A stretch of DNA of 64,000 nt from Pelomyxa schiedti. Taxonomy: Eukaryota > Protista > Evosea. The notes beneath the pieces were generated by a model. The model was not told the origin of the DNA and did no database searches. It saw only the letters and a program-made list of their open reading frames with translations. Numbering within the stretch: the stretch's first letter is position 1; each line of letters starts with the position of its first letter. The position numbers and the translations under genes are program-made. The stretch lies in NCBI GenBank assembly GCA_020536535.1, contig JAHLWZ010000839.1, positions 1-64,000 on the forward strand, read 5' to 3'. Shown here piece by piece: positions 50,393 to 61,300 of this stretch.

Positions 50393-53300
50393 TTAGGATT
50401 GTTGCACAGTGCACTCCATTTGCCGTTGACAGGACTTGATGTCAGTGGACCACTGCTGAATGACTTGTGGGTTCTTGTTCTCGAGTATCCACAACCAACC
50501 CTCTGCTCCGGGCTTCATGTGAAGTTCGAGTTTGGTGTTATTACACACAACCTAAGCATTTTAAATCAAAGGTGAGTGACAGGAAACTGGAAATGTGTGG
50601 GTTTGAGAAGCGGGGGAATTACATTGTGAATTCTATCAAGCTTCAAGGAAGTAAGCACCGAAAATGGTCTTCCATCCTGGATGTTGTAAGCCGATGGAAT
50701 TCACTTCGAATTCACAATATACCTTGGGGTTCTTGATTTGATCACAGTACAATAATAAATCAGAGAAAAGATAGAGGTATGGTGCATTTTTGTGCCGTGG
50801 TGGTTTGCTTTTACTTGTTGCACCTTCCATCTTTTGTAGTTTTGTTGATACGTTTCCTTCCCTATTGACAGTGAGTTCCTTGAGAGTTAAGGGAGTTGGA
50901 ACTCACCTCACAAGTTTTCTTCCCGCAACAACGAGGGCCTAGTTGCATGTGAGAAAAAGGGTGCTTAAGAAAAGGGACGGAATGGAGCGGAACTTACTTC
51001 GGTTTCTTCTCCAGTTAGAGTTTGAGCAATAGAAACCAATTTACGGGCATGTGTTGCCACAGAGGGATCAATTCCCGCGTTTAGAGTGTTTGTTGTATCA
51101 AGCACAAATTGATGTGCCTCGGCCAGAAGTGTATGGTCAGGGTGCAATTTACCTGTGTACTTCTGCATGTTTTCCAGCAGAAGCTGTGAAGATGTAATTA
51201 AACAGGAGTAGCCAAATTAAGCAAGAAACCAAGTAACGAGGCAACCGTTGCACTACAAGAAGGAAAGTTAGTATGGATATCAATAAATCCATGTAATAAA
51301 ATCTGACCTGGCATTATCAGAAAAGCACCGAGATCAAAGTGAGTCTCCGTTTGCCTTCTCTCAAACTCCTAATATTATGTTGAGCAACAAACATTACTGA
51401 AGGAAGTACAAAGTACAGCCAACTGTGTTGCAAACTTTGCGTTCTTCTTTTTTAAATAGTGAAGAGATACTGTAGCAGCGCAATAATTTTTGAGATATGC
51501 CCCATAGGTCAGAAAGTTCTTGCCCTTTGTGGGAGAAAAAATAAATGGTAAATACTGACATATTTTTTTTTTTTTTTGGCATTGCATACGTGTATTAAGA
51601 ATACATCTCCAATTGTAGTTGTTGGAGACCAGGAACTCAATTTGTCTGACAGTGCAGTAAGCAGCTGTTTATGGACACCAACAATCTCTGACCAGTTCGC
51701 AAATAAGCTGTACACTTCCTTTGATGTGAGTGTGGTGGTGGCTTCAGGCAGGAGAGTTTCAGCCACTGTGCAGAGATGAGTCAAGTAACTCTTTTCTGTT
51801 TGCATCAATTCAGTTGCAATGCATTGTCTAACGGCAGATTGCGCATTGAGCATCCTCTCTCTATCTGCCTCGTCTTGTTGCTGTTGCAGAGTACCCAACT
51901 GTGAGGGTGGTGGAACTGTTTGGGCGCTGTTGCGCAAACGCGGGAACTCTTTAGGAGCCAAACTGCCTGTCCTGTGCAGGCCACTTGGGCGGTGATGTTC
52001 CTTTCCCTCTTTAGCACACATTGTTTTATGCCTTTGGTGAGTTAGTTTTTGGTTTGGAACTTCACTTGATGGCTGTGTGTTGGGTGATTCTTGTTGGGTA
52101 TTGGAGTGTAGAGCCAGTGATGGTTGGCTTGCAGGCGATTGTTCGGCAATATTTACAACTTCTTTTGCTCTCGTGTTAATTGTGTCTTCCGGCTCTTTTA
52201 TTTCACTTTCTCCGGTCATTGGGGAGGGTAGTTCTTTTGCTGCAACATGCACTTCCTCGATTTTTTGCCTTGAACCTTCTTGCTGTACTGCCAAGGCCTC
52301 AGCTACAACTTTAGGTTTGGATGTAGATTCTTCCTGGTGCCTTACTTGCACTACAGTCTCTTGCTCACTCTGTCTGGCTTCAGTTTCTTGCCGTATTCCT
52401 GATACTTCAGTTTCTGGCTGTATTCCTGGGATTTCAGCTTCTTGCTTCTTTACTTCCTCTTCTCTCTTAGCTTCTTCTATCCTCTTCTCTTCTTCCCTTT
52501 TCCCATTTTCTTCCTCTCGCCGTGCTTCTACCTCACCACAACTGGAGTCTTGCCTTTCAACTTCCGGTATTTGAGGAGCACCACTTTCTAAATTGGTTTT
52601 TTGTTCCATTTCCACTTCTGTCTTGCTCCGGGATTCGGCTTCTGCCTTGCGCCGTGCTCTTCTTTCTGCTCGTCTTCTCTCTTTTTCTTCACGTTTGGTG
52701 TGCTCGGCGTCCTCCTGTACTTTTTGCTCAGGTTCAAGCAAAACTTCCTTCACTGGTGAGTTGACTTCAGTCTCCTCTTGGGCTTTTCTTTTTGCTTCTC
52801 TGGCTGCCCGCCGCTTAGCTTTCCTCTCCGCCTTCTTCACTTCCTCTTCTCTCTTTGCTTCTTCTATCCTCTTCTCTTCTTCCCTTTTCCTATTTTCTTC
52901 CTCTTCTTTTTCTAGCTTCCATCTTTGTTCTTCTTCTTGCCTTTGAACATCTTTTGGGTGAATTTCCTCCACCTGTTGATTTGCACACTCTGATTCCTGC
53001 TGCTTGGTAAATTCTGTATGTTTTAGTGAAGCCAGCTCTGCTTCTTGTTGTTTGGCGAGTTCCAATTCACGTTGCTTAGCAAGCTCCGCATCCCTTTGTC
53101 TCGTAAGCTCTGCTTCCCTTTGTCTGGCACGCTCTTCTTCCCGTTGCCTTAACAGTCTTGCCTCCCTTTGCTTTTCAACCTCTTCTTCCCTTTGTTTCAG
53201 TTCTGCTTCCTGTTGCCTTAAAAGTGCCTGCCTTTGGTTTGCAAGCTCTTCTTCCCGTTGCCTTAACAGTCTTGCCTCCCTTTGCTTTTCAACCTCTTCT

Positions 53301-56300
53301 TCCCTTCGTCTCATTTCTGCTTCCTGTTGCCTTTGCTTTGAAATTTGTTCTTCAAGCTCCGCTTGCCTTTGTCTTGCAAGCTCTGCTTCCTTTTGTCTGG
53401 CAACCTCGGCTTCCTGTTGCTTTGCAAGCTCTGCTTCCTGCTGTGATAGTTCTTCTTTGAGCTTTACAGCTTGCTGATGTTCTTCAGCTCTTTTTGCTTC
53501 TTCCTCCTTTAATTTAGCTTGCTCGACGGATTCAGGTGTTTCCTCCGCCATGCCTTCTGAGCTGTTTCTTCTTTCCTCCTCAACCCTCTGTACTTCCTCA
53601 GAGTTACTTGGAGTAGTCATATCCACATCTTAAAAGTGATTACTTGGTGACGACAGCATGAAGCATTTACTTGGGACGTCATCTTCAGAATAATCAGATT
53701 CTGAACTTGAGTACTCATCGGTGTCTGGTTGGGACTCTCTCCACATTGTACAAATTAGAGGATAAAAAAAGAAGAGAAGAGGTGGTACTCAATCTTCTGC
53801 AGCCTTTCAATTTCTACTGCAGACAGCTTTTTTGATTGTCCTTCATTGAGTAACTTTTTTTGTTTGTTTTGTTGTGTTAATTGTAGGGATTTGTGATTTT
53901 GGTTGGAAACTTTGAAGAAAAGGTATTCCATATCATACTTATCACGGAGTAACTCAAGTAAGTGCATTATATTCTCCGTATTCCCCATAACAACATCTTT
54001 TGCCAGATAAGGACTTTCCAATGGGCAAAAACATTGGGGTCAAAAGTAACCTTGTGCAGTGCAGCAAGTAATTTCACAAAATGTATGCTGCTCTATAATT
54101 CTCATCACTAGAGAAGCATTCTGCATGCATTGCCATAAGTTTCGTGGCTTCTCGTCATACAAAAAAGAAAAGGACTCCTTGGTGAGAACCTGATACAGGA
54201 ATGGTCAATTGAAGAATAAGAACATCAGAAAACAGACTTCAAATAGTTTAAGCAACTTGACTCCTGTACGAAAATCGTTGGACAGATTAAACAGTTTACG
54301 CGGAGGCTCCAGTCTGCCAAGATATTTATTTGCCTGTTTGCTTTATTTTACTCTTGATGGTGGTGATGTCTGTGGGTTTGTCAGGTACCCATTCCAGTAA
54401 TTCACATGTATCGAAAGTGACGTCGGCACTTGTATCATCTTCTTGTTCATCGAAGTCCTCAAAGGTCGACTCATTCAATGAGGCAGAAAACAGGGTTCGA
54501 ATGTGTGAAGAATCTTTTATTGCAAGCTTAGTGAGACCTTGCTTATATACGAACTTGGCCAGTACATGTACGTTGTTGATGACCTTCGTTGTTTGAGGTT
54601 TGGTTATTTTGGGGGAAAAAAAGGCACAATGCAAACGATGCACAAAAATTTCTGGTAAAGATAAAGACTTACCACATTCATGTTCTTCCCTTCAAATAGT
54701 TCAACAGTGGTAAATAAATCACCACGTGGAAGACCCAATAAAGAACAGGCTCGCAAGTACGAATTAATATTTTCCTTGTGGACGGCACGTTAACAAACTT
54801 AAACTGGGGGGCGGGGGGAAGGAATAGGCTTACCATCTGAAGATAGTTAACATTAGAAGTGCTGATCTTTGGAATAAGGTCTGGCTTCAATTTGTTCATG
54901 AGACTTGGATAAAATAGTGTTAGTGGAATAAATATGTGTTGGGGATTGTTACTTGCACAGTATCACTCCAGATTTCAGTGCCGGCGCAAAAGGTTTGTTC
55001 AGAAATAAGTTGGGCTCATCAAGAACCTCGCATATCCAATTCTTTGCTTGTACTTCCAGCTCTGCACTATAGAGCAAGGTTACAATTCAGACTGTGGTTT
55101 TGGAAAGATTACCAGTATTTAAATTCTTCCTTCACTCTAATATCGTCCTCCAAGCTACTAACGCTTGGACGAACTGCAGCCAGAGCAGCTGGTTGAGAGG
55201 CTGGAGGGCTTGGGGTGACAGGAGGAACAACCGTTTGCACAATTGGTGGATTTGGGGGGACTGTGAGTTTTGAAGAGACTGGGGGAGTTGAAGTTGTGGG
55301 GGTGGTCAAAGGTGCAGAAGAAGACCCCCGCAGGGAAGAGGCGGTATTATTTTTTGGCAAAGGGATGCTTGGTGAAAGCGGTGCAGGTGCTGGTGCTGGG
55401 GACATGCTGCCAATAAGTTTTCCACTGCTTCCCTTACTTGGTGTCCTTTGTTTATTTATTAGTGGGTAATTAATTCCAACCATCTTACAGTGGAATGGTT
55501 GTCGGTATTTTATTCCCATGTTTCACTGCAAGTTGTTTCAGATAATCGAGGTTTGCCATGACCTAAGCCCTTATTACTGGAGGGAATGATGGGTACTGCA
55601 AACCATGAAGATGTCTTTATTTTCAAAGAGGTCAAGAGTGCTGGAAACTAACAGTTAGTTTCTCTGGTCCCCCATCACCAAACTTTTTTTTTATTGTTCT
55701 CCAACCCCTAGCCCACCATACTTGAACAAACTGGAGTTTGGGATCCCCATTCTCCTGCAAGCACCAAGGTATGCCTCAATGTTTTCCATTTGTTTGAAAG
55801 CAAGGTTGTTATAATTGACTTTGGGAATAATTCCAGGAGACAAAATGTTCACCAAACTAGGATATGAAAAGAACAGCCAAGGTGAGATAGTTCTAAAATT
55901 AATATTGCAAGAATAATTATTATGTTTCACAGTAAACTAACCCAAGCAGTCAATTCAACTAGTAGGTAGAACTCAAAAAAATCAATAAGCTCACAACACC
56001 CATCCCATAATTCTCAACAACAACAACAACATACTCGCACAGCACAGCCCCGGACTTGAGCAAAGTCTGCAACGACGCCGTAGCTGGCGTCCCACAACCA
56101 GAATTCGTCGACTCAGCACTAGCACTAGCACCAGTTGCCGCATTTGCAGCTCCACCACCACAACCACAGGCACTGAGCGCGGCGGCGTGCCTGGACGCGA
56201 CGGCCGGCGACGCGGCGATCACCGACGCCACCCACGACAGCAGCTCGGCCTCCCGCGTGGCATCGACCTTGAGGCGCTTCTTGGACTCCAGCGTCTCGTT

Positions 56301-56327
56301 GAGCGACTCGACGGATCCACGTGACAT
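50393..56327 (-). CDS. RhoGEF with three calponin-homology domains, a long E/R/Q-rich charged helical region and DH-PH
   Basis: CH1 LKSGAVLCE|LVN...FKQMENIEAYLGAC; CH2 LKSGVILCK|LMNKLKP; CH3 LLEW|ANKYL...LSNDFRTGVKLLKLFE; DH IATELMQTEKSYLTHL...LIMP|VQRLPRYL|LLL; PH YLYLFSDLLLYC; TAA 50395-50393. Confidence 0.88.
52445..53310 (-). repeat. Internal near-identical duplications in the RhoGEF charged region
   Basis: KREEEKRIEEAKREEEVKK encoded twice (about 52445-52517 and 52832-52904); REEEVEKQREARLLRQREEE encoded twice (about 53132-53191 and 53246-53306). Both pairs are near-identical at the DNA level. Confidence 0.85.
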
Positions 56328-56555
56328 CCCTGTCTCTCGTTTGCGTGCGTGAATACGGTTGCTCCCACAAGTGGGTGGTGTATTTTGTGGTTGTTTGGGC
56401 GCCTGTGTCCCTTGGATTTTCGTTGGGTGTGATCGCTGATCTTCGAGGAAATCATGTATCGGTTCATCTTTCGGATCTGAATGAACAGATGCAGGTTTGT
56501 GTTCTGCCCACACAAACAAATGGTAGCATAGACACTAATGGAACTTTAGGTTTTT

Positions 56556-57980
56556 TTATTGATAAACTTTGAGGTAGTTTATGGTGAAGTATGATTCAGT
56601 GAATGCTGAGGGATTGTTCTGGACATAACTATCACAAGTGCCCATGTTGGGACAATCCTGGAAACAAAGTCAAATTTGGAGTGTGTGCAGTAGGAACGGA
56701 AAAGAATAGATATTGGAGAAAGTACTCACATAAGGAAAGTTGGAGCCAGCCCAGTCCCCACAAAATGTGAGGTTGATGATGATACTTTGATCATAGAAAT
56801 GATTGGAAGCACAATTGCTCCCCAGCATGAAGTATGCGTAAGGAGTCCCCCACGAATTAGGATTTGGTTGGTCACTCTTCAAGTCAGAGGGTACTACAAA
56901 TATTGTTGTGGCTGGATTAGTGAAAACTTATGGTAGCGATTTATTAGCACCTGAATTGTGCAACCAGAAATATGAGGCAATCCCAGTTGAATTCCAGACT
57001 AGCGCATAAACACCACCACCCTTCTGGTTGAATGGTGTACCAAACGTGTAAGACTCAGAGGTAACTATACCACATCCCTGCAACTTTCAGATCAAGAGAA
57101 ATTTAGCGGGAGCACCTGCCTGGTTGCTGTACTGATCCGAGGCATAAACATAGCAGTTATCAGCATTATTCCCAGAAGGCCCGGTTCCCCAGTTCCCCGT
57201 GAACATGTAAGAAGGTTCAGCACTCATATCACAACCATCATTGGTGTGGAGAGTTGTTTGATCTGAAACCTGCACATTCACACCTTCTATGATATCAATT
57301 TCACCACCATTTGGCCAATTTGGTCCACACTGTAGGAATATGAGATTTTACACATCAAGAAAGAAGTACAACAAGCCAAAATGCAGGCCAAGTTCCACAG
57401 CCTGAAGTTCACTTATCAGATGAAGTTTTTTTTTAGGTATATTTACCAGCAGGCATGTGGTCCAAGTCAATGGCGAAAATCCCCTGGTTCCATGTCTTGG
57501 TTGATTCAATTCTAACAGAAGCCCTGTTTAAAAATGAATCCGTACATCTCAGCAACGTAAAAAAGTGAAACCTGCCACTTCCACTGGAGACTGACCATGA
57601 ATCTGCCTTGATTGTAGCTTGACTAGAAGTGGTTGAAACGAGACCCCAAGACCAAGCCTTTAAAGTTACACTCATTAGTCTATTTTACAAGGATAACTGC
57701 TGCCACAATGATACCTCCTGAGCTGTGGTGTAATAGACATATCCATTTGTCTTGTAAAATGAGACACAAAGAATGTCGGTGAGGAAAAAAAAAAAGAAGC
57801 ACACTGGATCATCGTCAGAGTAAAAAGAAAATCCATCAAAGAAATTGTTCCCTATGTGCGAGTCCACAAGAGAATAACTTCATTGGCATTAAAAAAAGAA
57901 CAACAGGAGCGAAATCCCGTAAGTTTGTTTCACCTTGCGGCGCCCACAACCATCACCAACCCCAGAAGACACCGCTTCAT
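56556..57980 (-). CDS. Secreted GH16 endo-1,3(4)-beta-glucanase (fungal Lam16A-like subgroup)
   Basis: Signal peptide MKRCLLGLVMVVGAA; FFDGFSFYSDDDP|TNGYVYY, RASVRIES, GCGTWPAFWL|CGPNWPNGGEIDIIEGVN (catalytic EIDIIE), IIINLTFCGDWAG; ends YLKVYQ*. Confidence 0.93.
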
Positions 57981-58302
57981 TTTCGGTTTTTGTGCAGGAA
58001 AGCCCAAGTCAGAAATTAAAGATCGATCTGCACAACACTGTGTGACTCCTGAGCAGACAATTCTCTGATGGGGAATCAACCCACCACCAGAGAACCCTTT
58101 TGTCCCTGTTTCCAGTCCAATCTCGAATGATCGCTTCCAGAAATTCCAGTATGTTCCACGAGAACGAAATAAACCTCCAGTGAGAGAAGCCAACAAAAAA
58201 AAACCGAGGACCACTTTCCACGATCAACCAGCACAGCCAGGGCAGCGGATTGAGGGGCCAAAGCGGGAAATAATAATAATAATATCAGCAAAACCGAAGA
58301 AG

Positions 58303-61300
58303 ATGACAGGGGCTCGGAGGCAGTTGGCGGTGATGCTGCGTAAAAACATGTGGCTGCAAAGACGGCAGATCGTGGGCACTGTGTGCGAGTGCGCGTGTCC
58401 GGTTTTGGTTGTGTTTCTCGCTGCCTTTTATTTCTTCTGGTTTGCGTGGCTGGCTGAGCTCACTTCAAACACTGGTTCGTTTATTGGGGGGGTTTTTTTT
58501 TTTTTTTTTTTTTTCTCTTCTTTTTTTTGTCCCCCAAAAAAGATGGAGGTTTATTTAACATGGTTTGTAGTGTTGGATTACCCTCTGGAACCAGTTGAGA
58601 AACTGGGGACCTCCACGTCTTACATTAGCTGTTATTCATATGGATGCGTGATGGGGATTGTTCCAGACGATAATGAAACAAGAAGAATAGGGACCTTGGT
58701 CTATGAAAGAATAATGGCAGTATGGGCACCAGTTTAAGATTACATGAACATTGTTGGTGGTTACTCACTCACGATTCCCAGACATCACCTCAGGCATCAA
58801 TGGAGCTGGTCTTTTTCTCCACTGTTGACGAGTTTGAAAAATATAATCAGGACAACAATGGAACAGTTTTTGGAGGTAAGTTCTGTACTTAAGTGCTTGC
58901 AATCTCACTTTCTATAACAGGAATTGTATTCACTGACACCGTGACCTACAACAACTATTCCATCCGGCTTCCATCATCTTTTCTACCTGCAGATACCAGC
59001 ACCACATCAGAGTCTGCTGCCAATCGTATCGTCCCTATTCTTGAAGTTGAATGCTGATTTTTTTTTCATAGCCTTTAATTCAATGTATACATACCTCTCC
59101 AACGCGACCTTGTATGACTCTTCTGGTTTCATGTTGATGCAATCTACACTTGAGCAGACCCTCCTTGAAAAGCAATTCAATACAAGTGGGATGACATTAT
59201 TTTCTCCTAAATCACGGGAGACTGTTTCAGCTGTTGCTTTTTCTCTTTCTGTTATGACCAAATTACTCCCTAGTGACCAGCCCATTGTGGTATGGATACC
59301 AAAATGTCTAATACTGAAGCTAAATAATTTTCAGGATATAATGTCACTCTTGCCAATGATTATCCCTTCATTTTTCTTGATTGCCTTTATCCCTCTTGTA
59401 GTTGTTGCACTTACAAACCTGGTAAATTTGAGCATCTTATTCCCCACAAATTTCTTTACCCTTGAATAACCTTGGGCAGGTTGGAGAAAAATCATCTAAA
59501 GTTCGAGACTATCTGCGAATGATGGGGTTAAAGCTCCATGTGAGTTTGTGCAGTCCACATCTATGACCATTTTTTTGACTTAGGGCAGGTGTACTGGCTA
59601 AGTTGGGCAATTACTCTTATTATTCCTCTATTACTTTCAGCGTTTGTTATGGTAATTCTTGGAATTGTATCAGGAATGTTTAAATACAGGTTAGGAAAAA
59701 GTTGGTTTTGGGAAATTAAGTAAATTCTAGTTCATGGCTCCTTGTCTTGTTATTATTTCTGGAGTTTGCTTGTAGTATTATGACATTCTGCTTCATGGCA
59801 CAAGCTTTTTTGAATAACAGATCGTATTGTCTGATTTCCCACTGCCCATTTCATTTTCTTGCAGAGTTGCCATTGTGGTGGGAGTTGTTTGGATTTACTT
59901 GATTGGTGGCCTGATGGCGTACATCCCCGTCAACCGGGGACTATATGCAATTCTCAGCTTAATCGCACCTGTTGATTTTTATCTTGGTACGATATTGTTC
60001 TTTCCGATTTGGTTAACTAAGTGGTTTGTAGGACTTTATCAAATAGTCCTTGTGTGTAGCTATTTTTTCAATTAGTTTCATTTCCTTACATTCACAAAAA
60101 GTGTGAAGTAGAGAAAACTGGGTAAGGCGCCGAAATCTACAAATTATCTGACTCTCTCAAAGAATGACCTTTTCTGTTGCCCAGACAGCACCCCCCGATG
60201 GTTTATCCGTTTCTGTCCTACTAGCCATGATTTTTGTTGATACCCTTCTATATATGGTCTCTCCTTCATAGAGTGTACAGCCTTACTAACTATTATCACC
60301 AGGCTATCGCCTGGTATCTCAACGAAGTCAACCCTGGAGAGTATGGGGTACCAAAGCCCTATTACTTTCCATTTATGAAGTCGTACTGGTTTCCAACTAA
60401 GCGCAGGCCGGTACTCTTGGGTACAACTAGTGCACCCTCAAAGTTTGGTTAAAGGTACATAGACGCCGAAGTTGAAGAATTGCAGCAACCTCATTATGAA
60501 GATGCTACTGCTTTTGAAACATGTTCTACGCATATTAACATTCACCAGGTAAAAAGGGGGAGTAGAAACATGCTCAACAATTTTGTTAGGGTGTGCATTT
60601 GCAATTCTTGACCAAGACATTCCCCGGCATGGCATCAGCAGATCCTGTCCACGCCGTTGACGGGATCACTGCCTCTTTACATCCAGGTCTGTTAGGCAGT
60701 ATCTCCTTTCTCTCCCACATGAATTAAGGGCAAATTTTCTGCTTGTTGGGGCATAACGGTGCCGGAAAAACCACAACTATATCAATGTTAACAGGCCTTT
60801 TACCACCCACTTCTGGAGTTCGTTCCCTTCACTCACTTTTTATTTAGTTATTAAATTTTAACTTTGTACAACTCTCAGGATGCAATTATAGAGGGTTTAA
60901 GTATCCGTTCTTCCATGGATCTGATTAGAGAGCGAATTGGGGTCTGCCCTCAGGTTCATTTAAATAAGAAAAATCGAAAGATTGCTCATAAGTATGTTAA
61001 GCATGACTTACTTTATGAGACTCTCACTGCCCGCGAACATCTCATTTTATTTGGTTCTCTAAAAGGCATACCATCATCACAGATAAACACTGCAGTAATT
61101 CTCAACAAAGTATCAATCTGTCTTTAACTGGCAACTTTCAGGTCACTGAAATGCTGGAAGCTGTTGATCTACAGACCTCCCCCAAGCAAGTTGTGAAAAC
61201 TTTCAGTGGAGGAATGAAACGCAAGCTATCGCTTGCAATTGCACTTATTGGAGACCCGAAAGGTTTAACTTGATCTCGATTTAGGAATTTTCCTTATTTG

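Noticed and set aside
52445-53310. CRISPR-like or transposon repeats
   Set aside because: The repeats are in frame within a coding exon, with no repeat-spacer periodicity or terminal repeats.
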